Assembly: GCA_002189035.1 (NCBI GenBank)
Contig: NEEC01000002.1
Location: forward strand, 4,774,001-4,838,000
Length of the DNA: 64,000 bases
Origin: Utricularia gibba
Lineage: Eukaryota > Plantae > Magnoliophyta
Reading direction: 5' to 3'
Part shown: positions 51,429 to 64,000 of the stretch, in pieces
How positions within the stretch are numbered: position 1 is the stretch's first letter
Layout of the letters: each line of letters opens with the position of its first letter
The notes under the pieces: model-generated
Told to the model about the DNA's origin: nothing
Seen by the model: the letters and a program-made list of their open reading frames with translations, nothing else
Databases searched by the model: none
Made by a program: the position numbers and the translations under genes

Positions 51429-52849
51429 ATGATAGAACTTTTGTATGCTTTCACAATAGCAAAAAAAAAAAAAAAGTTATGGAGTTTGAATCACAATTAA
51501 TCAATAATAAACCCATAAGACAAAAAAAAACCATCAAAATTTCCTTATCTTTGAAGATAATAAAAAATGCATAACCAAAAAAAGCAATAGAATTTGAAAA
51601 CCCAATTCAAATCTGGAAAATAAATCTATTCAAATGAATACAAACACAAGAGGACATTGAATCAAGCATAAACAGTTGAAATCACCTTATAATTATCCAG
51701 TTGAAACGGTGCCAATAGAACTCAAACGATAGGCATTAGGGTTGAAGTATAAAACATGTGTTTTTGGTTGCTTTTCATTGGAAAATCAAGGATATTTATG
51801 TAATTACCTATTCTAAAATAAGTTGGGTTTTCTATCATAGTGGTTTTCACGTAAAAATTTTCATGTCATTTTCTTATTTCGAAAATAACTTTAATCGGAT
51901 CCTAGTTCAAGTAATTGGCTAATTACAGTTTATCCACTTAAAAACCAATCAATCACCTCATAATTGATTTTTAACCACAGCAATCATGTAAAACAACTTC
52001 ATAAAGCCAAGATACATACATATCTATAATCACAGTTTCAAAAAGATTAAATAAATAGAAAAATATCAAAACGTAAAAGTATTACATAATTAAGTTTGAT
52101 GTCACGATACTACTGAATTTGAGACAATAAAAATTCAATTGAAACAAAATTTCTTCATGTTTTATGTTGGATTTCTACATCTCCCCCTCTCATGTGATGT
52201 TTGATTTGAGTGTTGTGTTGTTTGAATCCCATCCTTTAAATTCCTTGAAAAATGTCTTTTTTTTAATTGTGTGTGAAAAGTGTAAAAAACTCTTTTTTTT
52301 TTATTTCTCTCTTATTCCTTTATCTTCAGTATATCATGTGTCTTTTATTTTACTTTTTGACTATAATTAGATTTTCATTCTTTAAAACTTGATCATCTTT
52401 CATTCAATTTCACCTACTACTACTTTTGTTTGAAAGTAAATTATCTATTTATCTTAACCATCTATTTTTCTTATCTAACACTAATATCCTATTACATAAC
52501 ATCGATTTTTTATACTTGATTTGATATAAGATACTACTGCTAACCTTAGGAAAACATTAGAAAACACAGATTAGACTAAATGATTAATTTAAATCATATT
52601 TATTTTAAAATATATAAATAATACTAAAATTACAATATATTCAAATTCAATTTAAAATACCAAATTTTAATATTAAGCATGTTAATTTTATGTCCTAAAA
52701 TGATTTAAAAAAAATATATGTGATCACATATTCCTTTTATTTAGAGTGAAATACTTCTAACTAATGAAAACGTAAATAAATATCATGTTTTTATCATAAA
52801 CCAACATATTTGTCAATATCTCATGATTGTGATTATGATACATTTGCTT

Positions 52850-53340
52850 CTCATTTCTCATAACTCATACACTAACGAAAATGCCATCCAAGGCTTCATA
52901 ACTTGAATTGACCAAATGGAGTTTCACAATTCATTGGTGAAGGCTTTTTCAATAACACTTCATGGAGACAAAGAACTACATCCAACATATATAACACATG
53001 GCCATCATCTCATGCGCCCCTATGTAATTTCCAAAACTCAACTTGGAACCTTGAAGAAGACAACAAAACATGTTATATAAATTTCTATTAATTCTCAAAG
53101 CCATGTTGATATCCGAGACCAAACAAAAAGTTATACAAGTTGTTTTGGTATCCTTTTTTTCCTATTTATTTTATATAATCTTTACAATACAAATATAATA
53201 TGAAATTCACATACATTTAAGTATTCCATAAAAATACGTAAGCAATACTTACAAAAATGTCATCTTTGCAATAATTTATCGTATCTTGTACATGAACCAA
53301 CTTTCGCATCTTCAAAAGGATTATATAATCATCCGATAAT
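52850..53340 (-). pseudogene. Further, very degraded Harbinger transposase remnant
   Basis: Weak motifs only (LKMRK, EMMAMC, ALDGIFV resembling GALDGTH). Confidence 0.3.
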
Positions 53341-53503
53341 CAATACACTAGTAAATCAACATTTTTGCTAATCCAAATATCATTTTAGGAGGTAAAATAA
53401 TTATTTTTATATTATAAATATAAAAATTAATTGCTTATAATTATAATTCAAATATTTTTAATTACCATAAATAATATATTAATTTATTTATCAAACATAA
53501 TAT

Positions 53504-53511
<8 letters not shown>

Positions 53512-53539
<28 letters not shown>
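53512..53539. repeat. (AT)14 microsatellite
   Basis: Direct reading. Confidence 0.95.
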
Positions 53540-54001
53540 CATATGAAGTATAAATTCATAAATTATATACTTAAAAAGGCCTCGTTTTATATATTTGTAA
53601 TAATTAATGGTTGTTAAAACTATTTTTTTTTATTGTAAACAATGATTCAATTGTTATGATTACTATTGTTTAGGATTAAATTGCATTTAACAGTCATTAA
53701 TTAAGAAATTAGTTAATAATTGTTAATCATAATGTGACTTTGAGGTACTTTAGTATTAACAATCGTTTGCTTGTTAAAATGTTGTATTATTTAATTTCAA
53801 AACACTACCAAACAGCCAATTATAATTTATTTGTATTGTTAAATTGAGTTAACAATACTACCAAACACAGCCAAAATCTTATATGGAATACCAAACAATC
53901 ATTTAAATATGTTTTCTACCGACGGACTGTCATGCCGTCGACAATGCATGACAACAAATAGTGAAATGATTGGCCCTCCAATTCGAGGCCAGGATTGCAG
54001 G

Positions 54002-55640
54002 ATGTCGGCTGCGACACGCCCCCAGTTCGTGCTCTTCGGGTCTTCCATAGTGCAGGTGAGCTTCAACGTAGGCGGGTGGGGCGCCGTTCTCGCGGACCTC
54101 TACGCTCGAAAGGTGAAACTACCAAACTTCTCTGCGCTTCTTGCTCCGAGTCGGGAGTGGCGATGTTCTGTGTATCGAATTTTTCATTTACGTGGAGATC
54201 GAGTATTGGCCTGATTTTTGTTTGTTTTTCTCAAGGGGATCTATGTTTTTAATTAACTGCTTATTGTGGGTAATTGAAGCAGGCGGATGTTTTGCTACGG
54301 GGTTATTCTGGATGGAATTCCAGGATGGCGCTTACTGTTCTCGACAGTGTGTTCCCTAAGGTACATCCGACTTTGTGTCATCTGTGAATTAACACATTGT
54401 CCAGTACGGATTTGGTTGGAGCGTGAACTCGTAGCAGTTGCGACACTGAATTTATGTGGAACAAAAGATGATTTTATATAGGCATTCATGTAAATGTGTG
54501 AGAAATAAAGAGACGAAGTAGTACTATGCTGTCTCTAGATACGCGGATAGGGCATTATTCACACTTAATCCAACACTGAAACGGTAGTCTTTTTTACAGT
54601 TCTTCCTTTGCTTACCGTTTGAGACATTTTGAGAAAATGGATGCTAAGCGGTGAGGGCTAAGGCAAGGGATACGAAGTTTTTAAGTATAATGTGATTGTG
54701 CGCCAGTAAGTGAAAAATATAGAAAAAGAGAAGAGGGGTTCGCAAACCTTTTGGTAGTTTTGGCTTAAGTCTAAGATTTTGAGGTGCATTTATTTGATTT
54801 CAGGATGCTAATGTCCAGCCTTCACTAGTTGTTGTGTATTTTGGAGGTAATGACGCAGCATGCCCTCATCCCAGTGGTCTTGGCTCTCATGTGCCTCTCC
54901 CTGAATACGTTGACAACATGAAGAAGATCATTCTTCATCTCAAGGTCCATTTTTATGCATTTCGGATTATTGATCCACATTCAGTTTTTTCTGGAAGATG
55001 ATACACATCTTTGTCTTGTGCTCCAGAGTCTTTCAGACAAGACTCGAGTGATATGTCTCACTACTCCTCCAGTGAACGAGTCCCAAATCCAAGAATATTT
55101 TGGGTAAAATTTTCCATTTTCTGAAACTTGCTCATTTCAGTTTCATCTAACCATCGGAATTGCATGCTCATCTTTTTCCTTCTCAAAACCAGGAAACTGT
55201 TTGAAAATCAAGCTCGGAGGAACCAACACTGCCATGCTTATGCAGAAGCTTTGATCAGTCTTTGCAAAGAACTAGACGTCAAGGGGATCAATCTATGGAC
55301 TGCACTCCAGGAAAGAGACGACTGGGCTGCTGTTTCCTTCACGTCAGTCCCTTACCCTCTAGCAACGCCATCACTTTGTTCGACCTCAGACCATGTAACA
55401 GCTTAGTCCATGCCTCGCAGAGATGGAATACATCTATCCTCAGAAGGGTCTAAAGCTGTAGTCAAGGAGATTCTGAAGGTGATAAAACAAGCTGATTGGG
55501 AACCAGATTTGTACTGGACGTCGATGGCTCCTGAGTTTTCAGAGGATTCACCTTATTACACGGTTTGCCCTGATGGTAAAACCACATCAAATGTCTCTTA
55601 TAACATTTGCTCTTGGCAGGAGCAATGGCTCGACATCTAG
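54002..55640 (+). CDS. CPRD49: SGNH/GDSL esterase, CPRD49/IAH1-like, ~258 aa; exons 54002-54112, 54283-54360, 54804-54944, 55027-55103, 55193-55342, 55421-55640
   Basis: RPQFVLFGSSIV (block I), LRGYSGWNSR, YFGGNDA, DGIHLSSEG (catalytic D/H). GT-AG introns; 777 nt in frame. An in-frame ATG at 53966 is an alternative start. Confidence 0.93.
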
Positions 55641-56382
55641 TCAGCAGTTACCAGGCGATGGTCTGTTCTCCTCATTTATATGATACTTTTTGCGGTTGCT
55701 GCTTCATGAGTTCCCCTGGCCCTGGCTGATGCATTTTACTTCCAGCTTTTGTTCCATGCCTGTTTGGTCCCAATTGTAAAAACATATAGCAGTTATACCA
55801 TTATCAACAATGTTGCTTGGTTCAAGTTGTGTTTCCACTGATTCTATATTTTTATGTGATATCAAACACGATCATATTGAATCGGTTCCATTGCACATTC
55901 GAATTTAAAAATGAGATAAGAATCTAGGATACACTAATGTTTATATAAGAGATAACAGGTGATTCTTCTTCTTCTAGTTTTGAGTAATTTAATTTGGAAT
56001 TTTAACAAAAATATTAAAACTTTATTGCACCCTCATTTTTAATTACAACTATTTATGACAAGTGCCTATGGAATAAATAGTATAGAGAGAAAAAGTGCCC
56101 TTTTTGCATTTATAAGTTATTAGAGAATTAGAAGCGACTAAAAAATAAAGAAAGAAAGAAAGAAAGAAAACATAGGAGAGGAAAAGCGGGGGAGTGAAGC
56201 GACAGCGCCAGGTGAGCCCTTCTTTTTTTTTTTTTTAGGGGGCTTTCTTTTTACTGCTTGTTCTTGAATCTCAACTTGCATGCAGACATACTCTTTTCCT
56301 GATTCCAAATTCATCGAGTTTATGTTTTGATTGCGGAGATTTAGTTGCTGAAAATCTAGATCTGGTTCCTTTTTACGCGGAA

Positions 56383-58089
56383 ATGGCATCGGTTTCTTCG
56401 GGGCCCGTACCGTGGAGGAGATCTTCAAAGATTACAGTGCTCGACGCTCTGGAATCGCGCGAGCTCTGACTGTTGGTAATTTTCTGTTTTTTGGACTTTT
56501 TTCAGGATTTTGGATTCGGTGAAAAATCGTGCTCTAATTTCGTTTTGTTTTATGATGTGCGGCAGATGTGGATGAATTTTACGCGCTTTGCGATCCAGGT
56601 AATTCCTTACTTGGGTATGATCTAATTTGATTCGGCTGAGACAAGTCATGGGGTTTTAAATTTTAGGTTTTGTTTTTCCACTTTCCTTTTCGGCTCTCAC
56701 TGCTGGGTGTGGGTAGTTAGATTCAAGGAGTTTGAAGTAGAACCCTGTTCCTGTTTCTATTGTGGCTTCCATGTGTATGAGCTAATAAATTCCGAGGTGG
56801 ACTTGGGAGTTGCTTTTATTTGTCAGATGCATTACTGATAATTGCAAGCAAAAGTAGTTAACTTCAAGATTTCTGGCCATCCTCTTGTAATTTGAACTTT
56901 CTTTTTTCTCTTTTTTTGGAACCTGTTTTTGCTTGCATCTTTCTGTTATTACCCCTTGAGCCATACATGTCATCTAGTTCATGTGTTCATTCAAAGCTTG
57001 TATTTATCATTTTCTTGAAGTGCATCTTAAATTTGCAGATAAGGAGAATTTATGTCTTTATGGACACCCAAATGAAACTTGGGAGGTAAATCTCCCTGCT
57101 GACGAAGTTCCTCCTGAGCTTCCGGAGCCTGCTCTTGGTATCAATTTTGCTAGAGATGGAATGAAGCGAAGAGATTGGCTTTCTCTTATTGCTGTGCACA
57201 GCGATAGTTGGTTGCTATCAGTTGCATTCTACCTTGGAGCTAGGCTGAACCGCAATGAACGGTATATATATATACATCTTTTGTGTCGGATTCTGTTGCA
57301 TAGAGATGTACTTGCCAGGTTTGTCTTGAGTTCAGGCCTCAGGGTATATAGGAGTTCCTCGGTTCTCTTATGTGGAGTTTGTAGTTGAACATGGTTGCCC
57401 TGTTTATTTCCTTTTTTAGTTATAATTAACTATTTCGTGTATGTGTCCTGTAATTCAGGAAGCGTCTCTTCAGCATGATAAATGAACTGCCAACATGCTT
57501 TGAAGTGGTGACCGAGGAGAAACCATTGAAAGACAAACCTAACTCAGATGGTGGAAACAAATCGCGTGGCAGCACAAAGGTATGACCTTTGTTTGTGTTT
57601 CTTGGATATGTCATTACGGTTACAACAGATTTGGAAAGATTCTAGAATGTTTTTGAGATCCAAAACTGCGATCTTATCCCTGTACGGTTCTCATTGGGCA
57701 AAAACCCCAACCTATGACATCTTTTTACTAGCTAAAAAGAAGAGGTGCTCTCCAATTATGTGAGAGGGGATCTCTATCCCTTCTTCAGGGCCTCACCTGT
57801 AGCAGAGCTATAACACAAGAATCATGATTATTTGCAGAGATCCAATGATGGTCAGGCAAAAAGCAACTCTAAGCTGGCGGATGAGAGTTATGATGATGAA
57901 GACGAAGATGAACATAGTGAAACTCTGTGCGGAAGCTGCAGTGGAAACTACAACGCAGATGAGTTCTGGATAGGCTGCGACGTTTGCGAGCGCTGGTTCC
58001 ATGGAAAATGCGTGAAGATAACACCTGCCAAGGCTGAGAGCATCAAGCAATACAAATGCCCTTCCTGCCTAAAGCGTGGGAGACAGTAA
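56383..58089 (+). CDS. AL1: Alfin-like PHD-finger protein (AL1/AL2 type); exons 56383-56475, 56566-56598, 57039-57261, 57459-57579, 57838-58089; apparent 1-nt deficit in exon 1
   Basis: [74 protein letters not shown]...; PHD finger [47 protein letters not shown]. Exons sum to 722 nt. The paralog number is uncertain. Confidence 0.9.
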
Positions 58090-58793
58090 GTAACTAGCGC
58101 CTCTGCTATTGTCATTGTTACTATCATCATCATCCTTATCATATAATCGAATTCGTGGCTGACGCAGTAGTATTAGTAGTAGCAGCAAGTTCTGCAGCTG
58201 CGTTTCATGGCTTGTTGTGTTAAATAACTTAAATGTTTGTGAAGAAACTGGAGGAAGAGTAGGCTTCACCGCAGTTGGCGAATCCTCCTCTTTATGTTAC
58301 TCATAGCTTTGAGGCGTAATTTTGAAAATTAAAATGGCATCCTATTGGCTTAGCCACTTCATAATGAAACGGTTGCACAACCATTTTAGAAAGGGATTTT
58401 ATTTTATTTTTTAAATGCATTGAATTGGATTCATTAATGTTTAAAACATAAACATCGTTATTTAGTTTTAAATTTTTAGAATTTTTTAACTTTTATTAAA
58501 ATTATTGGATGTAATTCAAAATACTTTTATATCATTAGAAAACGAGCTATATAATTCAAATGAAAAAAAGAATAATCTCAAGGAAAAAAGGAGAAAATAT
58601 ATAAATATTAATAATTTTGATTGTAATTTTTACAAGACGATTAAATTTCATGTGCATTCATTTAGTTAGCCTGATTTTAAATGCCAATAAGTTGAACAAT
58701 GAGTTGATTTATGAATTATGTCATGGATCATTATAATTCCATATGCACTAGATATTAATATCATTTATTTATTGGTTAATTGAGTAATGCGAA

Positions 58794-60178
58794 TGATAAA
58801 CGGAAATTTTAGCATATCGTTGCAATTGAAGCAAACTTCCGTATCAAATAAATTTATATTCTCTAATCTACACAAAATACAAATTTAGAAAACTTGTATA
58901 GTGGATGTCGGGGTCGATCACGAAGAGCTTGTATTTGTTAAGTGTTTTAGTAAATGCACAATTCAGAATAACAGTAAGTCTTAGTCTAAGCTCGGACTGA
59001 CAGAGGTAAACAAGTTCGGTAAACAATATCAGTAAACAATATCAGTAAACAATATCAGGTCTTAACACTAAAGATAACAAAGACTGGTTCTAACTCAAAA
59101 TAATACGAAGATGCCTTAAGGATCTGAAGGTGGTGTTATGCTAAAACGCCTAATTCAATTTATCATGTTCCTATACTCACAACTTCAAATAACCTAAGTC
59201 TACCCAGGTCATTCATCATATTTTCGGCTAAGCTAATCTCAAATATCATAACCAACATTGCAATTAGGTCTACCCGCATGCAAAGCATATAGAACTAGGT
59301 TTACCCAATTCTACTGGTTCTACCCCCAGACTAACACCTATTACTCCCGCCATGATTTGTTGGTCTACCTCTATATCAAGCATCTAAGTTGTAAAACTAC
59401 TTATTCAATTCCTTAGGTCTACTCATGGATTGATAGGAAAAAGAGCTAAAAAACAAACATAAATCTCATTATTAACCCTAAGCATATACCATTATACTTT
59501 ACCTTAAGGCATCTCTAAGGTTTTAGCTACTCATACTTGGAAAATAAAACATGATTTCATTCAGATAATATGGCGAAAATGACAAACATTGTGAGCAAGT
59601 CAGGTACAAAAACTCGAAACGTTCAGAAAACGGAAAGGAAATAAAGATTGTCCTGTCGCCTGATTGCTATTGTTCACTGCCCGAAACAATAGTGCTGGAT
59701 TGGGCTCTGGTGCTGCTCGTGATGATGAAGGCCTTCTTCCTCCCTTTTGGTTGCTGTTTTTTGCATTGGTGGAAGAAGCCCCCTTGCATGTGCTTTGTGC
59801 TCCCCTCTCTCCACGTTGTTTTGAAAAATATCTTCCCTCCTTTACTCCAACGCACTGTTCCTGACACTAGCACTGTTCTCGGACTGAACTTGCAGACTGC
59901 AGGTGGTAGAACAGTGGTCTTTGTCCTTCTTAGGCTGCTATGCCCTTTTATACTCATGTTTTTTAGTTTGATTTTCTGATGATCTCCCCATTGAACTCAA
60001 TCAAACATTAGCACAAAGATGGTGGACTTAATGAAAGGATTTAGTCTACTTTTCAACATAATCACATAAAATTAACATAAACACCACATAAATATGAAAA
60101 ACTACATTTACCTAACCTAAACCACAATAAAATATAGCCATTTTGTATTATAAAATTCAGAGAAAATGTGTGTTATTA
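58794..60178 (-). mobile_element. Solo LTR of the Athila-type family, minus strand
   Basis: The reverse complement aligns with 24913-26256 (ACACACATTTTCT, TGTGGTTTAGGTTAG, CCACCTGCAGT, GATCGACCCCGA.ATCCACTATACAAG, GTTTATCA end); contains a 13-bp triple repeat at 59019-59058. TSD poor. Confidence 0.75.
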
Positions 60179-61135
60179 GATAAAATTCTGGAGTAGTGTG
60201 AGAGTCTCCATAAGGGTTTCAACTTGCAACAAGCTATTTAGTAGTTTTATTTTGGAGTAAGTGCACAAAAAATTCTGATTGTTTAACTTAAGATAAAATT
60301 AATTGCAAATTGGTTCCCATAATTTTACAGAATGGCTATATTTAATCTTTAAATTTTGATATATTTATTGAGTATAATTGATTTTTCAAAATTTTATATA
60401 ATAATTATTTTTTATTTCTAATATTTCAATATTGGGCATATTGTTTTAAGTTTTGAAAAAATTAGTTTTAAATTTATTTCTTGAATCCAAACACTTCTCA
60501 TTGGCCACAATTGCTACTAATTCGCTTTTCCCATGGTTGCTACAATGTGAGGCTATGCAAAACTTGTTGTGTTTTCCACGTGATATCTACCCTGAATATA
60601 TTCGTCCCAAATGTCATGATTCACGCTCTCTTTATACAATATTGTTTGCTTTATGCATTTAACTCTCATAATTTTATATTCTACTATTTTAGGAAAAAGT
60701 TTTCATATATGATTAAGATGGTACGTCTATGTAAGCAAGTCTACTCTTCTGCCTGTAATCAATATGCAATACCGTCACAAGGTCATTGACCTTACATTCT
60801 TCCTCTATTATACACTTGGCATCCTTACTCAATGTCCCCTCGTCCCCTATTGGTATGCACCCAAGTTTAGCTCTAATAACAACCGTGATGACCTGTGCCC
60901 CAATTATCCCAAAAGCAATGCTCTTTTTTTCAGTTTGATGTCTAATGTCGTCACCCACGATTCCGCATGTTCACCTTTTATAAGAGGGAAAGTGTTCTTG
61001 AAGGCACCTGGCCAACCCCCTTGGGGTGTCATATGCCTCCCTCGAAAAAACCTATGCTTTTTTTTTTTGATGGATTGATATCCAATGTCATCAAGGGGTA
61101 AGGTGCTCTCGAGGGGTACCCGGACCATCTTAGGG

Positions 61136-62960
61136 TGCCACACACCCCATCTGGCGACCACATGATCATGTTGTGTCATGTGACTAGAATGATCTAAAAC
61201 ACATTGGTGAGATTCCGAACAAAAGTTAGCTCATCTAAAAACAGCCCACACACACCGCGTGGTAGTATCCTAATAGTCACTCCCATGTCTCACCTTGTCA
61301 CTCAGCGTGGCCATTGGTTGCTACGCCTTTGTGTGCTCTATATGCCCCTACATGGAACCAAGTAAGAGCTAGCACTCTCATGTGACTTGTCCCTAACTCA
61401 CCATAACTGCTACTCATCATCATTGAGCAAGATCCCTCAGGTGTCATTGTGATGAGTCACTCTTGCCCATTACTCTTTGTGCAAGTGGTGGCCAGGCCTT
61501 GCACATATCAATGTCAGCCGTTGTACTATCACACTAGCATCATAGCATTGCCACAATGGGCATCAATTGCAGTTCCTATTTGTTAGCCTCATTCTACCAA
61601 GCACATGCTCTGTTGTCACCACATATGTCAACCACAGCTCCATTCATAATGAGCTCATGTGGCCTCATACTGCCTAGCACAAAGTGCTCAACGTTGCCCT
61701 CACAAGCATCGCCATTGCCCATAGTGGGTGATATGCCTCACCATCATCCCTTGGTGCATGTTATGCCTTGACACATCACTCACTCTCATCCTAATACCCC
61801 TCTTCAATTGGTTGACCCTTACATTGGTTAGCATCTTTGGTGTGCAGCCACCAACATCCTCATTGTGCAGCAATCACTTATGCTCTTGCATGTCTATGCA
61901 CACCATCACTTTGTCATACCATTCAATGTTCAGTAGTGTGTGTGAACCCTTAGTTCTATTGAACACATTGTGGTGCTCCCACCTATCGATAGGCAGTCTC
62001 AACTTGCTATTGCAACCTGACAATCTTGGTACCCCACAAAGTATCACTAAGGGCCTATCACCATGTTACCTTGTCTCACCCAAGTAGGTCTCTCAAGGCC
62101 TTGCCTTATAGTTCTCTCCCACTTAAGAAGCTTCATCCCGAAGCATTATTGAAGAATTCTAGTTATTCTTATTGCATCTAATCCTCATGCTCTTAGCGAC
62201 TTTAGCTATGGTGTGGTTCGCCCAATGCACCTTTACCAAGAGTGCCACTCTTCACTCGAGTGTGCTTATGCAGTGATCTAGGATGCGTAGTGATTGCATT
62301 TAGTAGATCATATTATCTCTCAACATAAACTCTCCTTTACGACCATGTCCTTGAGTCTCATCACACATTTTTTCAATTGTGACAGCAAAAGACATTGTGC
62401 ATTCCTTGCATCTCGTGGGTAGTGCTAGCTGATAATTTGAATGTTCGATCTAGGGACCCAATTTTCCCATGCTATCCTCTTGTGATCCTCTTTCGTGGCA
62501 AGAGCTTGAGATACACTCCTTTCTCGAACAATAAGGGTTGCCTTTATGCATTCATCCACTTTTCTACTGATCTTGTGCAGTCTACAACCATTCATGTATA
62601 ATTTTAATAGCATCCTTGACTTGTTGCACTAGCTTTGACTCCAAGATGTATCACTCCTCAACCTCATTCTAGTACAATAGGTGAGCTATCATTGTCCATA
62701 CAATGCTTCAATGAGAGCCATCCTTAAGCTGGCCTGGTTTATTGTTGTATATGAATTCTACCAAATAGATGTGTTCCTCCCACCCACCTCGATAATTCAT
62801 GTGCGCAGGCTCATATTATATTCTCTAGGGTGTGGATGGTTCATTCGGATAGCCTGTCGGTTTGCAAATGAAATGTTGTTCATATGAGCAACTTTGTACC
62901 CATGATTTGTTGTAATGTTGCCCAAAACCTCATGCTAAAACACAAGTCCTTATCGGACAT
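61136..62960 (-). mobile_element. Tekay-type chromovirus remnant: integrase C-half, chromodomain, PPT and probable 3' LTR (61136-62110)
   Basis: SDKDLCFSMRFWATLQQIMGTKL..TTFHLQTD; WEEHIYLVEFIYNN; QQVKDAIKIIHEWL*TAQD; YQLALP..MQGMHNVF; RILD...LVKVHWANH; PPT AAGTGGGAGAGAAC next to TATAAG (TGTAA-like). Confidence 0.8.
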
Positions 62961-62961
62961 G

Positions 62962-64000
62962 TGATAAACGAAAAATTTAGCAATGTCATTAAAATTGAAA
63001 ATTCTTCTATCAAATAAATTTATAATCCTAATTCACATCCAATCATATACAAAAATATCAGTAAAATGGATCAGGGTCGAACACAAAAATTTATAATCCT
63101 CATTCAATGGACGTCATGATTAAAAGACTTAGTCTAAAGTAGGATTAAGACACATTTACGATAAAATACAGTAAAAAAAAGCAACAAACTTTGAATTCGG
63201 TTGTACCTAAGATGAGATGGATGCTGCCTTCATTATGCTTTAATTATGCTTCAATTATGCTTTAATTATGCTTTAATTATGATTTCATTATGCTTTCATT
63301 ACTTATTTTATAGTTTTAAGTATTTTTATATAGCTTAGAAAATATGTGATATTGGTGTGTTAGTGGGCTAAATCAAAAGATTTAGCCCACCTCATTTTCT
63401 AACCCAATTGTGAGTCTAGCAGCAAGTTCTAAAATCATGGAAAGACACAAAGATTTCGTGCAAGCCACCATGCAACAGGAGGAGCAGAAGGCAATGAGTG
63501 CACTTCCATCACAACAGTCTGCAAGTCAGGAGTAGGAGCAGTAGTGATGTCAGAAATTGTACTGACCTTGGGAAAGGAGGGAGAGGGAAATAATTATGAA
63601 GGAGAGAGAGTCAAGGGAAGGAGTTGGGGAGTTTTAGGACGCATGAGGGTTTCTTCCCCAACATTATGGATTGAATCAGAAGGAAGAAGAGGATTCTCAG
63701 GCTGAAGAACAACACTAAAACCCAGTTCAGCGCTATTGTTCTTGGCCGTGAACAGTAGCAAACAGGCATCAAAACAATCTTTACTTTCTTTTCGTTTACG
63801 GAGCATTTTCTTTTACTTTATGGTTAAGTAAAACGACAACATCAAATCAAAAATAAAAAATGATTTTATTGTGAAATGAAATTAACTTACTTTAATGTCT
63901 TCTATAGTACATTCATCTCCTTGCCTCTTTTAAGATCTGCAATTATGTTCATATTGCCTACATACAGTGTAGGTTATGCTTCTCGGTATAGAAAGACAAA
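62962..64000. mobile_element. LTR fragments of the TGATAA...TTTATCA family
   Basis: 62962 TGATAAACGAAAAATTTAGC matches the LTR ends at 17942 and 58794; 63400-63550 aligns with 13775-13920. Confidence 0.55.
63231..63300. repeat. 11-bp minisatellite (AATTATGCTTT), ~6 copies
   Basis: Direct reading. Confidence 0.85.

Larger units (their letters stand above)
12326..52491. mobile_element. Old PIF/Harbinger element expanded to ~40 kb by nested insertions
   Basis: Transposase halves (13150-13527, 23847-24240, +) and Myb/SANT halves (24460-24907, 50905-51428, -) lie in tail-to-tail arrangement. Degenerate TIR-like ends: TAGGATGTTTGGATAA at 12326 and TTATCTAACACT..ATCCTA at 52471-52491. The termini are tentative and no clean TSD was seen. 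Confidence 0.6.

Noticed and set aside
60400-61130. Short ORFs and possible MULE-like phrases downstream of the solo LTR
   Set aside because: No convincing conserved motif; left unassigned.

Overview
AT-rich plant nuclear DNA (angiosperm; species not identifiable from the sequence). There are five host genes in two clusters. Left cluster: RPL35a (1919-2433, +), an intronless P-class PPR gene (7016-9109, +) and a ROMO1/MGR2 homolog (10845-12187, -). Right cluster: a CPRD49/IAH1-like SGNH/GDSL esterase (54002-55640, +) and an Alfin-like PHD gene (56383-58089, +). As given, the ROMO1 and Alfin-like CDSs are each one nucleotide short, at a C/G run. The ~41 kb between the clusters can largely be resolved by hand as one old PIF/Harbinger element (transposase +, Myb/SANT gene -) split by nested insertions. 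These include Athila-type LTR elements, two Angela-like Ty1/copia copies plus solo LTRs, a second Harbinger derivative, a Tourist MITE, an inner Ty3/gypsy pol and a hAT element, many with readable TSDs. The most notable observation is that the hAT element (18-bp TIRs, 8-bp TSD) carries both its own decayed transposase and captured, intron-containing pieces of a type-B cytokinin response regulator (receiver domain plus GARP start). The last 5 kb holds further LTR and Tekay-chromovirus remnants. I found no CRISPR array, rRNA, tRNA or organellar insert, and nothing I can defend as a wholly new biological system. All alignments and family assignments were made by eye and need computational confirmation.
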